This document shows positions 38,943-48,745 of a DNA stretch of 64,000 nucleotides, piece after piece. A program made the translations under genes and the position numbers. The notes below the pieces were generated by a model that saw only the letters and a list, made by a program, of their open reading frames with translations, was not told the origin of the DNA and ran no database searches. Origin of the DNA: Gemmatimonadaceae bacterium (GTDB lineage: Bacteria; Gemmatimonadota; Gemmatimonadetes; Gemmatimonadales; Gemmatimonadaceae); the NCBI GenBank assembly GCA_044224875.1, contig JBGAJQ010000021.1, positions 1 to 64,000 on the forward strand. The letters are read 5' to 3'. Every line of letters starts with the position of its first letter. Positions within the stretch are counted from its first letter, which is position 1.

Positions 38943-40124
38943 ATGCCACAAGCGTCTCTCAGCAAGGCCGCCGCATCACCGGCCGAGCTCATCGCGCGTA
39001 CACGAGAAGTCGCCCGTAACGTCGCAGCCGCTCACGCGCACTCCGTGGATTCGGAAGCGCGCTTCCCAACGGAGACGTTCGACGCGCTTCGTAAAGCAGA
39101 GGTGCTCTCCGCTGCGGTGCCCGCGGAGTTCGGCGGCTCCGGGGCAGGGATGCGTGACTTGGCCGCCATGAGCACGGCGCTCGCCGAGTCGTGTGGCTCC
39201 AGCGGGATGGTTCTGGCCATGCACCACATTCAGGTCGCGTGCGTCGCGCGGCATGGCCACGCGTCGCCTTTCTTCCGCTCCTATCTCCAGGATATTGCCG
39301 ACCGTCAGCTGCTACTGGCGTCGATCACGTCGGAGGTGGGTACGAATGGCGACACGCGCTCGTCCATCTGTGCTGTGGAACGGCAGGACGGACGGTATCG
39401 TCTGGAGAAGAACGCGACGACCGTGTCGTACGGCGAGGCTGCCGACGACATCTTGATCACGTGCCGCCGCGCGGCGGAATCACCGGCCGGCGACCAGGTG
39501 CTGGTGCTGGCGCGCGATGGTCAGTATACGTTGGATCGCACGGGTAATTGGGACACCCTTGGCATGCGCGGGACGTGTAGCCCACCCTACAAGTTCACGT
39601 CGTCCGGCCCCGAGTCCCAGATTCTTCCCGGGGCATTTGCCGACTCCGCCTCGCAGTCGATGGTGCCCTACTCGCACATTCTGTGGAGCGCTGTGTGGTT
39701 GGGCATTGCGAACGACGCCGTGGCACGGGCCAGCGCGTTCATTCGCGCCGAGGCGCGCAAGAAGCCGGGCACGGTCCCGCCCAATGCCTCACGCCTTGCC
39801 GAGGCGTCGATGATGCTGCAGGCCTTCCGCCACAACGTGATGGCCGCCGCCACCGATTTCGACGCGTTAGGCGGCGCCACCGAGCCGCTCTCGGCCATGG
39901 GCTGGGCCCTCAAGATGAATAACCTAAAGGTCGCCTCGTCCGAGGCGGCGCCGGCGATCGTGCACCGCGCGTTGCAGATCATTGGGATCATCGGCTACAA
40001 GAACGATTCACCATACAGCGTCACGCGCCACTATCGCGATGCGCTCTCCGCGTCGCTGATGATCGGCAACGACCGCATCCTCTCCAAGAGCGCGGCGATG
40101 TTGCTGGTCCTGAAGGACGACTAG
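38943..40124 (+). CDS. Acyl-CoA/acyl-carrier dehydrogenase family protein
   Basis: VDSEARFP, VPAEFGG, AMH, SE, WDTLGMRGTCS, ALQIIGIIGY, RHYRD. Confidence 0.9.
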   Translation: MPQASLSKAAASPAELIARTREVARNVAAAHAHSVDSEARFPTETFDALRKAEVLSAAVPAEFGGSGAGMRDLAAMSTALAESCGSSGMVLAMHHIQVACVARHGHASPFFRSYLQDIADRQLLLASITSEVGTNGDTRSSICAVERQDGRYRLEKNATTVSYGEAADDILITCRRAAESPAGDQVLVLARDGQYTLDRTGNWDTLGMRGTCSPPYKFTSSGPESQILPGAFADSASQSMVPYSHILWSAVWLGIANDAVARASAFIRAEARKKPGTVPPNASRLAEASMMLQAFRHNVMAAATDFDALGGATEPLSAMGWALKMNNLKVASSEAAPAIVHRALQIIGIIGYKNDSPYSVTRHYRDALSASLMIGNDRILSKSAAMLLVLKDD

Positions 40125-40134
40125 GGAAACGCCG

Positions 40135-41043
40135 GTGTCGGACTTCGATCCCCAAACGCTGCACGATGAACTCGTAGCGCACGGCTTGATCACGCCGGTT
40201 GGCGTACTTGGCGCGTTTGGCCGCAACGCCGTGTTCGAGGATGTGCTGGAGCGCGTGGACGCCCTGATTCTCCGGATCGCCAAGGGAGACGCGGTCGAGG
40301 CGATGACGTTTCCCCCCGTCATTGACCGGCGCATCATCGAGCGCACCGGGTACATGGACTCGTTTCCCAACCTCTGCGGAGTGGTCCACGCGTTCGCCGG
40401 TACGGAGAAGGAGGCCCGGTCGATCGGTCAGCAGATCGCGGCGAACCAGCCGTGGGGCGGCGCCTTGCAGATGACCGATGTGGTGTTGAACCCGGCGGCC
40501 TGTTATCCCCTGTATCCAACGTGCGCCGGCGTCCTGCCCGTGGGCGGCCGTCAGGTGACGATGTTTGGCTGGGTATACCGGCACGAGCCGTCGATCGAAC
40601 CCACCCGCATGCGGGCCTTTCGTGTGCGCGAGTTTGTGCGACTGGGTCAACCGAACGAGGTCGTCGCGTGGCGGGACCTCTGGCTCGAGCGCGGCGTTTC
40701 CATGCTGAACTCGTTGCAGCTCCCAGCCAGGCCAGACGTCGCCGCCGACCCGTTCTTCGGACGTGCCGGGAAGATGCTGGCGGCTGGGCAGATCGAACAG
40801 CGCTTGAAGTTCGAGGTGCTCATTCCCGTCATTTCCGAGGAACGCCCCACCGCCTGCTGCTCGTTCAACTACCATCAGGACAAGTTCGGCAGCGCGTTCG
40901 ACATTCAGTCCAGCGATGGCGCCGTCGCGCACACGGCGTGCCTCGGATTCGGCATGGAGCGCGTGACCATGGCCCTGTTCAAGACCCATGGCTACGAGCC
41001 GCGCCGGTGGCCGGATGCCGTGCGCGAGATCCTCTGGTCATGA
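40135..41043 (+). CDS. Amino acid--[carrier protein] ligase (atypical SerRS catalytic-domain homolog)
   Basis: FPP, GYMDSFP, PAACYPLYP, YRHEPS..TRMRAFRVREFV, ADPFFGR, SFNYHQDKFG, HTACLGFGMER; no tRNA-binding domain. Confidence 0.9.
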   Translation: MSDFDPQTLHDELVAHGLITPVGVLGAFGRNAVFEDVLERVDALILRIAKGDAVEAMTFPPVIDRRIIERTGYMDSFPNLCGVVHAFAGTEKEARSIGQQIAANQPWGGALQMTDVVLNPAACYPLYPTCAGVLPVGGRQVTMFGWVYRHEPSIEPTRMRAFRVREFVRLGQPNEVVAWRDLWLERGVSMLNSLQLPARPDVAADPFFGRAGKMLAAGQIEQRLKFEVLIPVISEERPTACCSFNYHQDKFGSAFDIQSSDGAVAHTACLGFGMERVTMALFKTHGYEPRRWPDAVREILWS

Positions 41044-42050
41044 CGCGTCTGCTGGTCATTCCCGGACTCCAGTCCACGGGCTACGCCCGGCACACCCTGC
41101 ATGCCGACCACCGCGTGTGGGTGGAAAAGAACTGCTACGTCGATGTGTGCATCGAGCTCCTGCACGCGTTGCAGCTGGAGCCACTGGCCATGCTGGGCTC
41201 CTGCGCCGCCACCGATTTCGAGGGCGACAACGTCACGTTCTACAAGCCATCCCACGACGAGATCAGGGACCTCTTTGGCGTGGACTTCCAGGAACTCAAC
41301 GTCTGGCGTCCGCTCCTGGAGCACGTGCACGAACACCTGGCGGCGGGCAAGCTCATCTCCACCGAATCGGATTCGTTCTACTTGCCGGATACCGAGGGAA
41401 CGGACTACCGCCGGAACCACGTCAAGACGACGATCATCATCGCCGAAGTGGACGCCGCAACCCAGCGACTGGGCTACTTTCACAACGCCGGGTATCACAC
41501 GCTGTCCGGCGACGACTTCGTGCACCTCTTTCGCCTGGACAGGGCGCCAGACGATGGCTCGCTGCCGCTGTTCGCCGAGATCGTTCGCATCGATCGCGTC
41601 CTGCGGAGGCCCCCGCAAGAGCTGGCGAGCCTGGCGCTCGGGTACCTGCGGAAGCACGTGATGCGTCGCGCCGATCGGAATCCGCTGCACGCCTTTGCGG
41701 AACGCTTTGAGCGCGATCTTCCCGCCCTGCAACAGCACGGCCTCGCGTACTATCACGCCTGGGCCTTTGCCACCGCGCGGCAGATCGGCGCCACCTCCGA
41801 GCTCTTAGGCGAGCACTTGCGCTGGCTACAGGGGCTCACGCCGGGTTTGCAGCTGTCGGAGGCCGCCGCGCATTTCGATCGCCTGAGTGCAGGTACCAAG
41901 ACGTTTATCCTGAAGGCGGCTCGCGCCGTGAACACGCGCAAGCCCTTCGGACCTTCCACGCTGACTCAGGAGATGGCCGACGCCTGGGAGCATGGCATGT
42001 ACACGCTTGCGGCGCAGGTCGGCGCCGATACCATGGCCCCAGTCGCATGA
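41040..42050 (+). CDS. DUF1839 family protein
   Basis: HTLH...WVEKNCYVD..IELLH, DFEGD, ELNVWR, DSFYLPDTEGTDY..HVKT, YFHNAG, FATARQIG. ATGA overlap at 41040. Confidence 0.85.
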   Translation: MTRLLVIPGLQSTGYARHTLHADHRVWVEKNCYVDVCIELLHALQLEPLAMLGSCAATDFEGDNVTFYKPSHDEIRDLFGVDFQELNVWRPLLEHVHEHLAAGKLISTESDSFYLPDTEGTDYRRNHVKTTIIIAEVDAATQRLGYFHNAGYHTLSGDDFVHLFRLDRAPDDGSLPLFAEIVRIDRVLRRPPQELASLALGYLRKHVMRRADRNPLHAFAERFERDLPALQQHGLAYYHAWAFATARQIGATSELLGEHLRWLQGLTPGLQLSEAAAHFDRLSAGTKTFILKAARAVNTRKPFGPSTLTQEMADAWEHGMYTLAAQVGADTMAPVA

Positions 42051-42421
42051 CCGGCGTTGGCATTGACCTGGTGCAGGTGGCGCGCGTGGCCGATTCCGTC
42101 GACCGGTTCGGTGATCGCTTTCTCCGACGTATCTTCACCGATGACGAAATCGCATATGCGAAGTCGTCGCCCACGCGGTGCATGGAACGTCTCGCAGCGC
42201 GTTTCGCGGCCAAGGAAGCCACCATCAAGGCCCTGCGCGTGGAGCGTCACGCACCCATTGCGTGGCGCGATATTGAAGTGTGTCGCACCGACTCAGGCAG
42301 CTGCGAAGTCGCCCTGCACGGCACCGCTGCCCAATGGGCTGCGCATCGCGGAAATCCGTCATTGAGCCTGAGCTTGAGTCATGACGGTGACTACGCGACG
42401 GCAATAGTCGTCTCTCGTTGA
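42047..42421 (+). CDS. acpS: Holo-ACP synthase (4'-phosphopantetheinyl transferase)
   Basis: GVGIDLV, RIFTDDE, LAARFAAKEATIKAL, SLSHDGDYA. Confidence 0.93.
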   Translation: MTGVGIDLVQVARVADSVDRFGDRFLRRIFTDDEIAYAKSSPTRCMERLAARFAAKEATIKALRVERHAPIAWRDIEVCRTDSGSCEVALHGTAAQWAAHRGNPSLSLSLSHDGDYATAIVVSR

Positions 42422-42437
42422 CTGGAAATGCATTCCT

Positions 42438-42701
42438 ATGACCGCACCTAGCGCCATCCAAATCACCGACGCGATCCGTCGCATCCTCAAGGAACACGGG
42501 CGCCTGTCCAGTGATGCCGAGCAACTGGCTCTCGATGCCGATCTGTATCAGGCCGGGATGACGTCGCACGGTAGCGTGAACATCATGCTGGCGCTGGAAG
42601 GGGAGTTCGACATCGAGTTTCCCGATCACATGCTGACGCGCGCCGTCTTCTCGAGCATCGCCGCCATGCGAGCCGCGGTGCAGCAGCTCCTCGGCGGATG
42701 A
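42438..42701 (+). CDS. Carrier protein (ACP-like)
   Basis: 87 aa, acidic; DLYQAGMTSHGSVNIMLALEGEFDIEFPD with the Ppant Ser in GMTS. Confidence 0.9.
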   Translation: MTAPSAIQITDAIRRILKEHGRLSSDAEQLALDADLYQAGMTSHGSVNIMLALEGEFDIEFPDHMLTRAVFSSIAAMRAAVQQLLGG

Positions 42702-45235
42702 CGACCGCGGGGCGGGGACGGATCCGCTCCGTCACCGCGCACGACATCCAGTGGTTAGCGGATGGGTGGGAGGTGCTCGCCACGGACCCGGGATCCGCCC
42801 GACGACCGATGGAGCTGACGGCAAGCTCCGGCCCGTGGATCGCGGCGCGTGTCCCCTCCACGGTGGCATCCACCCTGCGCGACGCCGGGAGCTGGAGTTT
42901 GGACGCGCCAGCTCGTCGTTTCGACGCCGTCGATTGGTGGTACAGGACTCGCTTGCCGGCAGCTCCAACCTTGCCCGGCGAACAGCTGTGGCTCTGCTTC
43001 GACGGGTTGGCTACCGTGGCCGAGGTATGGCTGAATGGCGAGCCCCTCGTCTCGTCCGCCGGCATGTTCACGGCGCAGGAGTGCCGGGTAGACGGGATAC
43101 TTCGTGGCGATGACCGTCTGGACATCTGCTTCCGGTCATTGGATGCGGAGTTGGCCGCACGACGCCCGCGCCCACGCTGGCGTGCGCCGATGGTCGAGCA
43201 CCAGCAGTTGCGGTGGTTTCGGACCACGTTGCTGGGTCGCACGCCGGGATGGTCGCCGCCGGCGGCGCCCGTGGGTCCGTGGCGGGGCGTCCGCTTGGAG
43301 CGCCGACGACTGGTCCATCTGACCGATGTACGACTCAACGCACACGGCGGCGGGGCCGTAGACGCCTCTTGCCACGTGGAGGCCATCGACGGGAACGCGC
43401 TTTTGGGCGTGGAACTCCTGGTGACACGCGAAGGTCGCGAGTACCGTGCGCCCCTGACACCGGATGCGGAGTCCGGCCGCGTGGTGGGCAGGTTGCTGGT
43501 GACGGATGTGGAACGCTGGTGGCCGCATACCCATGGTCCATCGCCGCTTTACGAGGCGTCGATCGTCGTCAACCACCCTCGGGGCGACGTGCGCGCCGAC
43601 CTCGGTCACTTGGGCTTTCGGTCCGTATCGCTGACGACAAAGGGTGACGACTTCGCGCTTCGCGTGAACGGCGTGCCTGTGTTCTGTCGCGGCGCGTGTT
43701 GGACGCCGCCCGACCCCGTTTCGCTACGCGCCGACGAACGAGTTCTCGACGCCTCCTTTGCCCAGGTGGTGGACGCTGGCATGAACATGCTGCGCGTCGG
43801 TGGCACCATGACGTATGAGAGTGACGCGTTTCTCGATCGCTGCGATTCGCAGGGCGTCATGCTCTGGCACGACTTCATGTTCGCCAACATGGACTATCCT
43901 GGCGATGACCCAGCGTTCGGCGCCGCCGTCGAGGTCGAGGCGCGGCAGGCGCTGTTGCGGCTGCAAGGTCGCCCATCGCTGGCCATGCTCTGCGGAAACA
44001 GCGAAGCAGAGCAGCAGGCCGCGATGTGGGGCGCCGCGCGCGACCGGTGGCACGCTGAACTGTTCCATCGCCAGCTGCGAATGCTGGCCAGCGAGTACGG
44101 ACGTGGGGTGCCGTATGTGCCGTCGTCTGCCCATGGCGGGGCGTTTCCGCACCAGGTCAACGTTGGGTCGTCGTCGTACTACGGCGTCGGCGCCTACCTG
44201 CGTCCGCTGGACGATGCGCGGCGCGCGGAGGTTCGGTTCGCGTCCGAGTGCCTTGCATTTGCCAACCTGTCGTCGCCTGATCCCGCCGCAAAGGTGCACC
44301 ACGCCGCCTGGAAGGCCCGCACTCCGCGAGATGTTGGAGCTGGGTGGGACTTCGACGACGTGCGCGATCACTACGTGGCGCAGCTGTTCCGAGTGGATCC
44401 GCTGGCACTGCGGTACGCGGACCACGAGCGATACCTCGAGCTGGGTCGTGTGGCCACGGGCGAAGTCATGGCATCCGTCTTTGGTGAGTGGCGCCGTCGG
44501 CGGTCCGCGACGCGCGGTGGACTGGTCTGGTTTCTTCGCGACCTGTGGGAGGGTGCCGGGTGGGGCGCGATCGATGCGCGCGGCGAGCCAAAGCCTGCGT
44601 GGTACTACCTGCGCCGTGCTCTGGCCAGCCGCGCCCTCTGCATGACGGATGAGGGTACGAACGGGCTGTCCATTCACCTGGTAAACGATACGGCTCAGCC
44701 TATCGACGGCGTGTTGGAGCTGACCGTGTTCCGGGACGGCTCCACCGTCGTCGCCGAGGGGAAGGCAGCGGTCACGGTGCCGGCGCACGACGCGATGGAA
44801 CGCAACGCGGTCTCCCTGTGCGAGGGCTTCCTGGATCTCTCGTACGCCTACCGGTTTGGCCCGGCGTCCCACGACTGGGTGTCGGCGCGGTGGTCGAGTG
44901 GGGCAGGGACGATTGCCCGCGCCTTCTTCTGCGTAGGCGGGTTGCCTAACGAACGTCACCCCGACGTCGGTCTTTCGGCGACGCTCGCCTCCGCTCCGGA
45001 GGGGGAGTACGTCCTCACGGTCGCGTCACGGCGCGTGGCCGAGTCGATTCGTGTGGAGTGCGAAGGGTGGCGGCCCGACGAGAACTACTTCCACCTGGCG
45101 CCAAACGACCCACGCACGCTTCGGCTCATTCCGATGGGTGGAACGGCCGCGGACGGCGGGCGGCCGCGGGTCTTACTGCATCCCCTGAACTCTCGAGCGG
45201 TCACTGTGGCCGTCAGCGACCCGACGCCTGCGTGA
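42698..45235 (+). CDS. GH2 beta-mannosidase-like glycoside hydrolase (no signal peptide)
   Basis: FDGLATVAEVWLNG, WWP, FCRGACW, MNMLRVGG, WHDFMFA, CGNSE, FASEC, PKPAWY. Confidence 0.85.
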   Translation: MTTAGRGRIRSVTAHDIQWLADGWEVLATDPGSARRPMELTASSGPWIAARVPSTVASTLRDAGSWSLDAPARRFDAVDWWYRTRLPAAPTLPGEQLWLCFDGLATVAEVWLNGEPLVSSAGMFTAQECRVDGILRGDDRLDICFRSLDAELAARRPRPRWRAPMVEHQQLRWFRTTLLGRTPGWSPPAAPVGPWRGVRLERRRLVHLTDVRLNAHGGGAVDASCHVEAIDGNALLGVELLVTREGREYRAPLTPDAESGRVVGRLLVTDVERWWPHTHGPSPLYEASIVVNHPRGDVRADLGHLGFRSVSLTTKGDDFALRVNGVPVFCRGACWTPPDPVSLRADERVLDASFAQVVDAGMNMLRVGGTMTYESDAFLDRCDSQGVMLWHDFMFANMDYPGDDPAFGAAVEVEARQALLRLQGRPSLAMLCGNSEAEQQAAMWGAARDRWHAELFHRQLRMLASEYGRGVPYVPSSAHGGAFPHQVNVGSSSYYGVGAYLRPLDDARRAEVRFASECLAFANLSSPDPAAKVHHAAWKARTPRDVGAGWDFDDVRDHYVAQLFRVDPLALRYADHERYLELGRVATGEVMASVFGEWRRRRSATRGGLVWFLRDLWEGAGWGAIDARGEPKPAWYYLRRALASRALCMTDEGTNGLSIHLVNDTAQPIDGVLELTVFRDGSTVVAEGKAAVTVPAHDAMERNAVSLCEGFLDLSYAYRFGPASHDWVSARWSSGAGTIARAFFCVGGLPNERHPDVGLSATLASAPEGEYVLTVASRRVAESIRVECEGWRPDENYFHLAPNDPRTLRLIPMGGTAADGGRPRVLLHPLNSRAVTVAVSDPTPA

Positions 45236-45921
45236 GCGTGCCGACGGAAAGCGTGATGGAGTTGGCCGGATTGCGCACCCTGGTGACGGAGGCAGGGTCG
45301 CAGCTGACGGTGGTGCTGTTGCACGGTTACGCGATGCGCCCGGAAGACCTGGCGCCATTTGCCCACTCGCTTGGCGTTCCCGGTCGCTTCGTTGCCCCTG
45401 AAGGGCCGGTACCAGCCGAGCCGTCCGGCCGTGCCTGGTGGCCGATCGATCAGGAACGACGTTCGGCGGCGTTGACGATCGGGCCGCGCGACTTGTATGA
45501 CGAGCATCCCGCCGGGGCGCGCGCCGCACGCGCGACGTTGCTGTCGTTTCTGGATGCCACGCGGGCCTGCTGGGGAGACGATCCTCTGGTCCTCGTGGGC
45601 TTCTCGCAAGGCGGCATGTTGGCCTCAGACGTCGTGTTGCGGGAAGATCCGCGCGTGGCCGGTCTGGCACTCCTGTCCTCGTCACGGATATCGGCAAACG
45701 AGTGGGCCGTAGAGGCCGCCAGGCTTCGCGATCTTCCGGTGCTGGTGAGCCATGGCCGGCGGGATCACGACCTGGCTTTCCACGCGGGCGAGCGATTGCG
45801 TGACTTCTACCAGGCGGCCGGTGCACACGTGACGTGGGTGCCGCACGACCAGGGACACGAGGTGCCACTCGTGGTGTGGCGGCAACTGAAGAAGTTCCTG
45901 CTGCGCGTGGCCCAGCGTTAG
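45232..45921 (+). CDS. Phospholipase/carboxylesterase alpha/beta-hydrolase (possible thioesterase)
   Basis: LLHGY, RAWW, GFSQGG, HGRRD, GHEVP. GTGA overlap with the GH2 stop. Confidence 0.85.
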   Translation: MSVPTESVMELAGLRTLVTEAGSQLTVVLLHGYAMRPEDLAPFAHSLGVPGRFVAPEGPVPAEPSGRAWWPIDQERRSAALTIGPRDLYDEHPAGARAARATLLSFLDATRACWGDDPLVLVGFSQGGMLASDVVLREDPRVAGLALLSSSRISANEWAVEAARLRDLPVLVSHGRRDHDLAFHAGERLRDFYQAAGAHVTWVPHDQGHEVPLVVWRQLKKFLLRVAQR

Positions 45922-48116
45922 GCAGTCTGGCGCTCGACTGGTGGTTCGATCACGCCGCGCACGCACTGCCGTTCCGCCAGGTTCGCGTCGATCATGAACT
46001 TTGCGGCCCAGTTCGGGAACTGCAGCGTGCAGTAACCGCCGTCGACTGGGAACGAGCCTTTCACGCCACCACGCATGGCGGCTGGTCCATCGAGGTGGAT
46101 GGTGCGACGCACGTAGCGGTTGGTGCGCTGGGCGGCCTGAAGGTAGCGGTCCGCGTGCACGTAGTCGTACAACATGAGCCAGCAGTGCGCCAGCTGCGAC
46201 GAACCGGTGAGGCATGCCCAGCTGACGGCAGGCGACCAGTCGGACCGCAGGCGCCCGGGAAGGAATCCGTTCGCGTCGACCAGGTTCGCCAGCGCATCGG
46301 CCGTCTTCATCGCGGCATTGAGGAATCCTTCCTCGCCGGTGAAGCGGTAGGCCTCGAGAATGCCGCGGAGCACATAGCCGATGCCGTGGGTCAACGGCTG
46401 CGTGGGTTCATCCACGCAGCTGCGCCCGAACCACCCATTGCCGCGCTGATGCGTAATGGCCCAGCGCACATTACGGATCGCGGCTTGCTCGTAACCGGCG
46501 GCGGGCGCCACACGCGCGGCCTCGAAGAGGCCCCACGCAACGTGCGTATCGTAGGTCTTCTCGCCCGCGGGCGTGAACGGCGAAGGGAAGGCTCGCCAGC
46601 ACCCGTCGGCGTCCTGCGTTTTCACCAGCCACCGCGCGGCGCGATGCATGGCATCCAGATAGCGCGGGTCGCCGAAGGTGGCCGCGCCGGCCGCCAGCCC
46701 AATCAGGATCTGGCCGGTGTTGAAGGTGACGGGACGCACGGGCTGCGCGCCGACGATTCCGCCTTGGAACGCGCCGTCCGGCAATTGGATACTGACCAGC
46801 CAGTCCAGCATCCGGCGGCCTCGCTCCAGCAGCCGGTCGTCGCCCGTTCGCTTGGCGTAGTCCAGCATCGTGGGGATGACGTACCCCGTCGTCTCCGGAT
46901 AGGAGGCCGACCAGCCGTCCACCAGCGAATAGTCGTGCGCCACGCCGCCATCCCGACTGGACGAGGAGTCCTGCGCCTCGCAGAGCCACGCGATGGCCGC
47001 CTGCGTGCACGCGTCGATTCCTGGGTCCAACGCAGGGAGGCCTCGATGATCGTGCATGACCTCATGCTTGGCACTGGCCGGCAAGCGCGCCGCCTGCAGC
47101 ATCGTGGAGACCGGCGACATCAGCCGATTCGCGATCTTTCGTGCGTCGCGCAGTCCGCGCCGGCTCAAGAGCTCATGCCGCACGAGGTAGCCAATGCGTC
47201 GCGTCGTCCCGTGGCGCGTGGGGCGGACGCGGACTCCATCGCCAGGGTTCCCGTACAGGTGTCGCCCGCCGTCCACCAGCTCGGTCGCCGTCGCGACCAC
47301 GGCCTCCAGATTTGTCAGCTGCAACCGTGTATTTCCGACGCGCTCGCGCTTCACCAGCCCGCGTTCGATCAACGCGTCATACAACACGCCGAAGTTGCGG
47401 ACACTCATGGCTTCCGTTGAAAACGGATACACCGCGATGTCGCGCCGCAGCCCGTCGCGATCCCGAACTTCTGTCCGCAAGGGCTCGGACGCGTAGACGG
47501 GGATGGGTGCACTCTCCTGGAACAGGTCCTCCAGGTAGTGCGTGAACGTCAGCACGTCGAGGTCGACATCGAACAGGAGGGCCTTGGCGTTCAGCTGCAA
47601 CATCTTCTCGAACGGCGATCCCTGGCCGCACGAGTGCGACAGTCGCTCGTGACCGGCAACCACCCAGTCGGCGCGCGGACCCCACGCCAGCACGGGATGC
47701 AGCGGGTTGGCGCTGCGGAGCACGGTCTTGCGACGGCGGAACGATTCGGAAATGACGCCCATCTGCGATGGCGTCCGCCGCACATCGAACGTTGCGCCGG
47801 ACGTCAGGTACTCTCGTGCGGACCCGTCGTAGGGCATGGAGACCATGAACAGGTGCCCGCGTGGGCCGATCACGTCCAACACGCAATCGATGACGTGCTG
47901 CGGCTCACCGTCGAATCCGTTGATCGGACTGAATGCCGACTGCATGACGATGGCGTCGCCGTCCTGCACGCCCACCCGACGCAGCGCCGCTTCTAGGTCC
48001 GCCGGCGTGTACGACAGCGCGAATTGAACGGCCTCGTATCGCATCCGCCGCAATCGCTCCTTCACCGCCTCCCGGCGCGCCTCGGGCAGGAGCCGCAGTA
48101 AGCTGCGCAAGCTCAC
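45918..48116 (-). CDS. AAC(3)-family N-acetyltransferase domain fused to a prenyltransferase/squalene-cyclase-like alpha-alpha toroid domain
   Basis: N-half: FDVRRTPSQMGVISESFR..RSANPLH, SPFEK, TFTHYLE. C-half: SYPETTGY, QLPDGAF, FNTGQ, QDADGCW, QRGNGWF, CLTGSSQ, FPNWAAKF. Confidence 0.8.
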   Translation of the reverse strand: MSLRSLLRLLPEARREAVKERLRRMRYEAVQFALSYTPADLEAALRRVGVQDGDAIVMQSAFSPINGFDGEPQHVIDCVLDVIGPRGHLFMVSMPYDGSAREYLTSGATFDVRRTPSQMGVISESFRRRKTVLRSANPLHPVLAWGPRADWVVAGHERLSHSCGQGSPFEKMLQLNAKALLFDVDLDVLTFTHYLEDLFQESAPIPVYASEPLRTEVRDRDGLRRDIAVYPFSTEAMSVRNFGVLYDALIERGLVKRERVGNTRLQLTNLEAVVATATELVDGGRHLYGNPGDGVRVRPTRHGTTRRIGYLVRHELLSRRGLRDARKIANRLMSPVSTMLQAARLPASAKHEVMHDHRGLPALDPGIDACTQAAIAWLCEAQDSSSSRDGGVAHDYSLVDGWSASYPETTGYVIPTMLDYAKRTGDDRLLERGRRMLDWLVSIQLPDGAFQGGIVGAQPVRPVTFNTGQILIGLAAGAATFGDPRYLDAMHRAARWLVKTQDADGCWRAFPSPFTPAGEKTYDTHVAWGLFEAARVAPAAGYEQAAIRNVRWAITHQRGNGWFGRSCVDEPTQPLTHGIGYVLRGILEAYRFTGEEGFLNAAMKTADALANLVDANGFLPGRLRSDWSPAVSWACLTGSSQLAHCWLMLYDYVHADRYLQAAQRTNRYVRRTIHLDGPAAMRGGVKGSFPVDGGYCTLQFPNWAAKFMIDANLAERQCVRGVIEPPVERQTA

Positions 48117-48745
48117 AGGCGGGCCTCACGAATTTCGGCAACGAGAGTGCTCAGACCTGAGATCATTGGACCGGCGCGCGCTGGGGGGCTCGACGTCCCG
48201 AGAGCTGGCAGCGCAGCCCTCGAACGTGATCCACCTCACTGCAGAACCCTTGCCAACCGCCGAGCCCGCCAATCGGAAATCGTGACCGAATTGTCTATTG
48301 CGTTACTGGTCGCGTATCCCAAGTCACCTCAACGACTAGTGGCTCGGCGCGCCGTAGAAGCTCCTTTCCGCGAGAGGGCATAAAGTCTTGCCGCAAAGCG
48401 CCTTCCGCCTGCCCAAGTGCGCTCACGCAACACTTCGCCGCACGCGCTGATGCGTCGCCTCATCGAGCAGGTACTCAACAGATGAAGTCAAGATCTGCGT
48501 AACGTGGGCGCAGGACTGCATAACTGACTGATCCGCGCTCGATAGCACGTCGCCTGCCATGCGCTACTTCGGGCGAAATACCGGACGCGCCACATGACCT
48601 TCCTGGCGCGGGGGCGCAAGCGCACCGGCACCGCGATCCGCACGCGATCCCGACACCGGGGGGCGTTCGCCATGGGAACGTCCCCGCCCCTCAGAGCGAA
48701 CAACGCAGTCGGCATCCGGGAGCCCCCCGGGCCGGCTACCACCTG

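Noticed and set aside
45834..47420. Long alternative-frame ORFs (e.g. 45834..47420 +, 56746..58176 +, 14707..15924 -, 38..1150 +, 43724..44959 -)
   Set aside because: Antisense shadows of well-supported genes, expected at high GC, with no recognisable motifs.
48120..48745. Gene or transposase remnant downstream of padR
   Set aside because: The ORFs here have no recognisable domain, and I saw no terminal inverted repeats.
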